Positions 62,153 through 64,000 of a stretch of 64,000 nt of DNA are shown here, one piece after another. The DNA lies in sequence record NC_061450.1; one strand, given 5' to 3'. The notes beneath the pieces are model-generated. The model was not told the origin of the DNA. It did no database searches and saw nothing but the letters and a program-made list of their open reading frames with translations. A program made the position numbers and the translations under genes. The number at the start of each line of letters is the position of its first letter. Position 1 is the first letter of the stretch.

Positions 62153-63884
62153 GATTACGCTGGAGCAGTATAAGGAGTTGCGTGCGCGTAACATTCTTGC
62201 AGAGCCACCTTTTCTCGTTATCAACAAAACAAGTCCGCAGGGTTCAATCAGTTTTGAAGTTGTAGGCGATAACCTCAAATCGAAAACTGTTACCCTGCCA
62301 GCATCGTATGCCTCTGTTGACCTGACGCACGTTGCCAGCGTTGATGCCCTGTTGTCCAGCTCAAGCCTCAAAGCATTGCTGGATAAAAACATGGTAGCAA
62401 TCGTTAACGCTGACCAGATCGTTCCGCCTGTAAAAGCAATTGACCAGCCTACAGTTGATGCTGTGAATGCTGGTGGAACTGTTATCAGCGGTACCACTGT
62501 TCCCAACGCAACAGTAATCGTGATGCAGGGTACCAACACGTGGCGCGGTGCATCTGACCCAAGTGGTCGCTTCTCAATTCCAATCTCGGGCCTGGTCGAA
62601 GGTGATTACACCATCATGATCAGTGCGGAAGGCTATCAGACTCAGGGCTTCACGTTTACCGCTGGTCCAGTGGTTGAACAAGCATACCCTGCTGTCACTG
62701 ACATTCAAGGTGAATATCGTGGAACGCATGTTACGGGCACCACAGTTCCTGACGCTGATGTATCTGCTACTTTTGGGGGCAAATCCTACGACGCTACTGC
62801 CAACAGCAACGGCGCGTTTGATATTACCACCGACCCGCTGCCATTCGAGCCTGTCACTCTGACGTTTGCCGCCGAGGGCTACACAACTCATGAGCAGACC
62901 TTCACACCAGCCGCAATCGAAATGACTGGTCTGTCTGTCAGCAAGCCTGAGTTCTTTGACACAGAGATCACTGGCTCAAGCGTTGCAGGCGAAGAAGATC
63001 TGGTAGTCATGGTTGCTCCTGATGGTCAGCAAGAAGTGCAGGCCGAAGTTGCAACTGACGGCACGTACAAGGCAACCATTCAGCCTCTGAAAGGCAGTGT
63101 GAAAGTCTATGCCAATGCTCCTGGCTATCGTCAGTCCGAAGTTACTGCACAGCCTGATCGCGGTACTCTGGGTAATGTGACTGTTGAAAGTGTTAGCGAG
63201 ACTTCTACTGAACTGCGTGGTAGTGTGGCTGGTATCAACAGCGCTGCCGGTGCAACGGTTGAAGTTGTGACTGAGGCGGGACAGACTAACGGCGTGGTAA
63301 ATGCTGACGGTTCATTTGTTGTGCCTAACGTGAACTTCTCCAAAGGCACAACAGGTACTGTTACAGTCAAGTCTGATTTCTATCAGGACAAGACAACCAA
63401 GTTTGATATCCTGAAGGACTTCTCAACGTTCACTATCGACCGTGCCGTTGAAGGCAATCCTGTTACTGGTACCACTGAGCCCAGCGCTAACATCGTCCTG
63501 ACTCAGAGCAACAACACCGCATCTGGTACATCAAACACTGATGGCCAGTACGCTATCGACTTCCCAGAAGTTGTTTCTGGTGAGTTGCAGGTAGACCTCA
63601 GCAAGCCGGGCTTTGCGCCTGAGCAGATTGAAGTACGCGTTGAAGTTGAAACGCGTCTGGTACTCAACCCTGTTGCGGTTGATGCTGCGTCTATCACAGG
63701 TCAAGGCACGCCTAACGCAGACGTTACCTTTACACAGGGTGCAAACACTGCAACTGGTAAAGTCGGCACCGACGGTCAACTTGACCTGCCTCTGACTTCT
63801 AACGTAGTTGCTGGTGAGTATACCGTAACTGCAAGTTTGTCTGGTTATGAAACCAAGACTTTGACTGAAACTGTTTCTGCTTAA
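62145..63884 (+). CDS. Ig-like (carboxypeptidase-regulatory-like) repeat virion decoration/fibre protein
   Basis: 579 aa with about 6 repeats (ISGTTVPNATV, VTGTTVPDADV, ITGSSVAG, LRGSVAG, VTGTTEPSANI, ITGQGTPNADV). Confidence 0.75.
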   Translation: MSEITLEQYKELRARNILAEPPFLVINKTSPQGSISFEVVGDNLKSKTVTLPASYASVDLTHVASVDALLSSSSLKALLDKNMVAIVNADQIVPPVKAIDQPTVDAVNAGGTVISGTTVPNATVIVMQGTNTWRGASDPSGRFSIPISGLVEGDYTIMISAEGYQTQGFTFTAGPVVEQAYPAVTDIQGEYRGTHVTGTTVPDADVSATFGGKSYDATANSNGAFDITTDPLPFEPVTLTFAAEGYTTHEQTFTPAAIEMTGLSVSKPEFFDTEITGSSVAGEEDLVVMVAPDGQQEVQAEVATDGTYKATIQPLKGSVKVYANAPGYRQSEVTAQPDRGTLGNVTVESVSETSTELRGSVAGINSAAGATVEVVTEAGQTNGVVNADGSFVVPNVNFSKGTTGTVTVKSDFYQDKTTKFDILKDFSTFTIDRAVEGNPVTGTTEPSANIVLTQSNNTASGTSNTDGQYAIDFPEVVSGELQVDLSKPGFAPEQIEVRVEVETRLVLNPVAVDAASITGQGTPNADVTFTQGANTATGKVGTDGQLDLPLTSNVVAGEYTVTASLSGYETKTLTETVSA

Positions 63885-63952
63885 CCGCAGACTGTCTTTA
63901 AAACTAATGGGAGTCCCTGTGGCTCCCCAAAACAATTTATCGGAGAGTACCC

Positions 63953-64000
63953 ATGGCTAAAGTAAAACCCATTACCCTGCGTCAGTATATGGATGACACT
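63953..64000 (+). CDS. Start of a CDS truncated by the window end
   Basis: MAKVKPITLRQYMDDT..., GGAG RBS; ITLxQY echoes the N-terminus of the preceding gene (ITLEQY). Confidence 0.55.
   Translation, partial: MAKVKPITLRQYMDDT

Noticed and set aside
1-64000. CRISPR or other regularly spaced repeat-spacer arrays; reverse transcriptase; stop-codon reassignment; introns/inteins
   Set aside because: No periodic nucleotide repeats or YxDD-type RT seen; genes are full length under the standard code with TAA, TGA and TAG all used as stops; polymerase and helicase motifs are uninterrupted. This was checked by eye only.

Overview
This window is a segment of a large tailed-phage (jumbo myovirus-type) genome in the standard genetic code. 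Genes are densely packed and almost all on the minus strand from 1 to 60479, then switch to the plus strand from 60584. The content is a T4-type tail sheath, Ig-like fibre proteins, a family A DNA polymerase with an N-terminal uracil-DNA-glycosylase-like domain, a beta-clamp-like protein, a DnaX-like clamp loader, a UvsW-like helicase with a UvsY-like neighbour, SbcC and SbcD, a RuvC-like resolvase, a 1937-aa SNF2 helicase, a histone H1-like protein and a GH108 endolysin. From recall, not a search, this fits the Erwinia Y3 / Dickeya JA11 / Pseudomonas Lu11-PaBG / Ralstonia RSL1 type of phage. The most unusual region is about 55.5-58.7 kb. It holds a second, compact family-A-like polymerase with intact catalytic motifs, a protein whose C-terminal half looks like the REC/WED lobe of TnpB cut off where RuvC would begin, and a 490-nt non-coding region with long-range inverted repeats. 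Two strand-oriented upstream motifs look like phage-specific promoters: CTGTAAATA mainly before replication genes and RCTAATTTT mainly before virion genes. Many putative virion proteins share an N-terminal S-x-S-(A/K/R/D) motif. No tRNA, rRNA, CRISPR array, integrase or reverse transcriptase was recognised. All protein calls come from motif recognition by eye.
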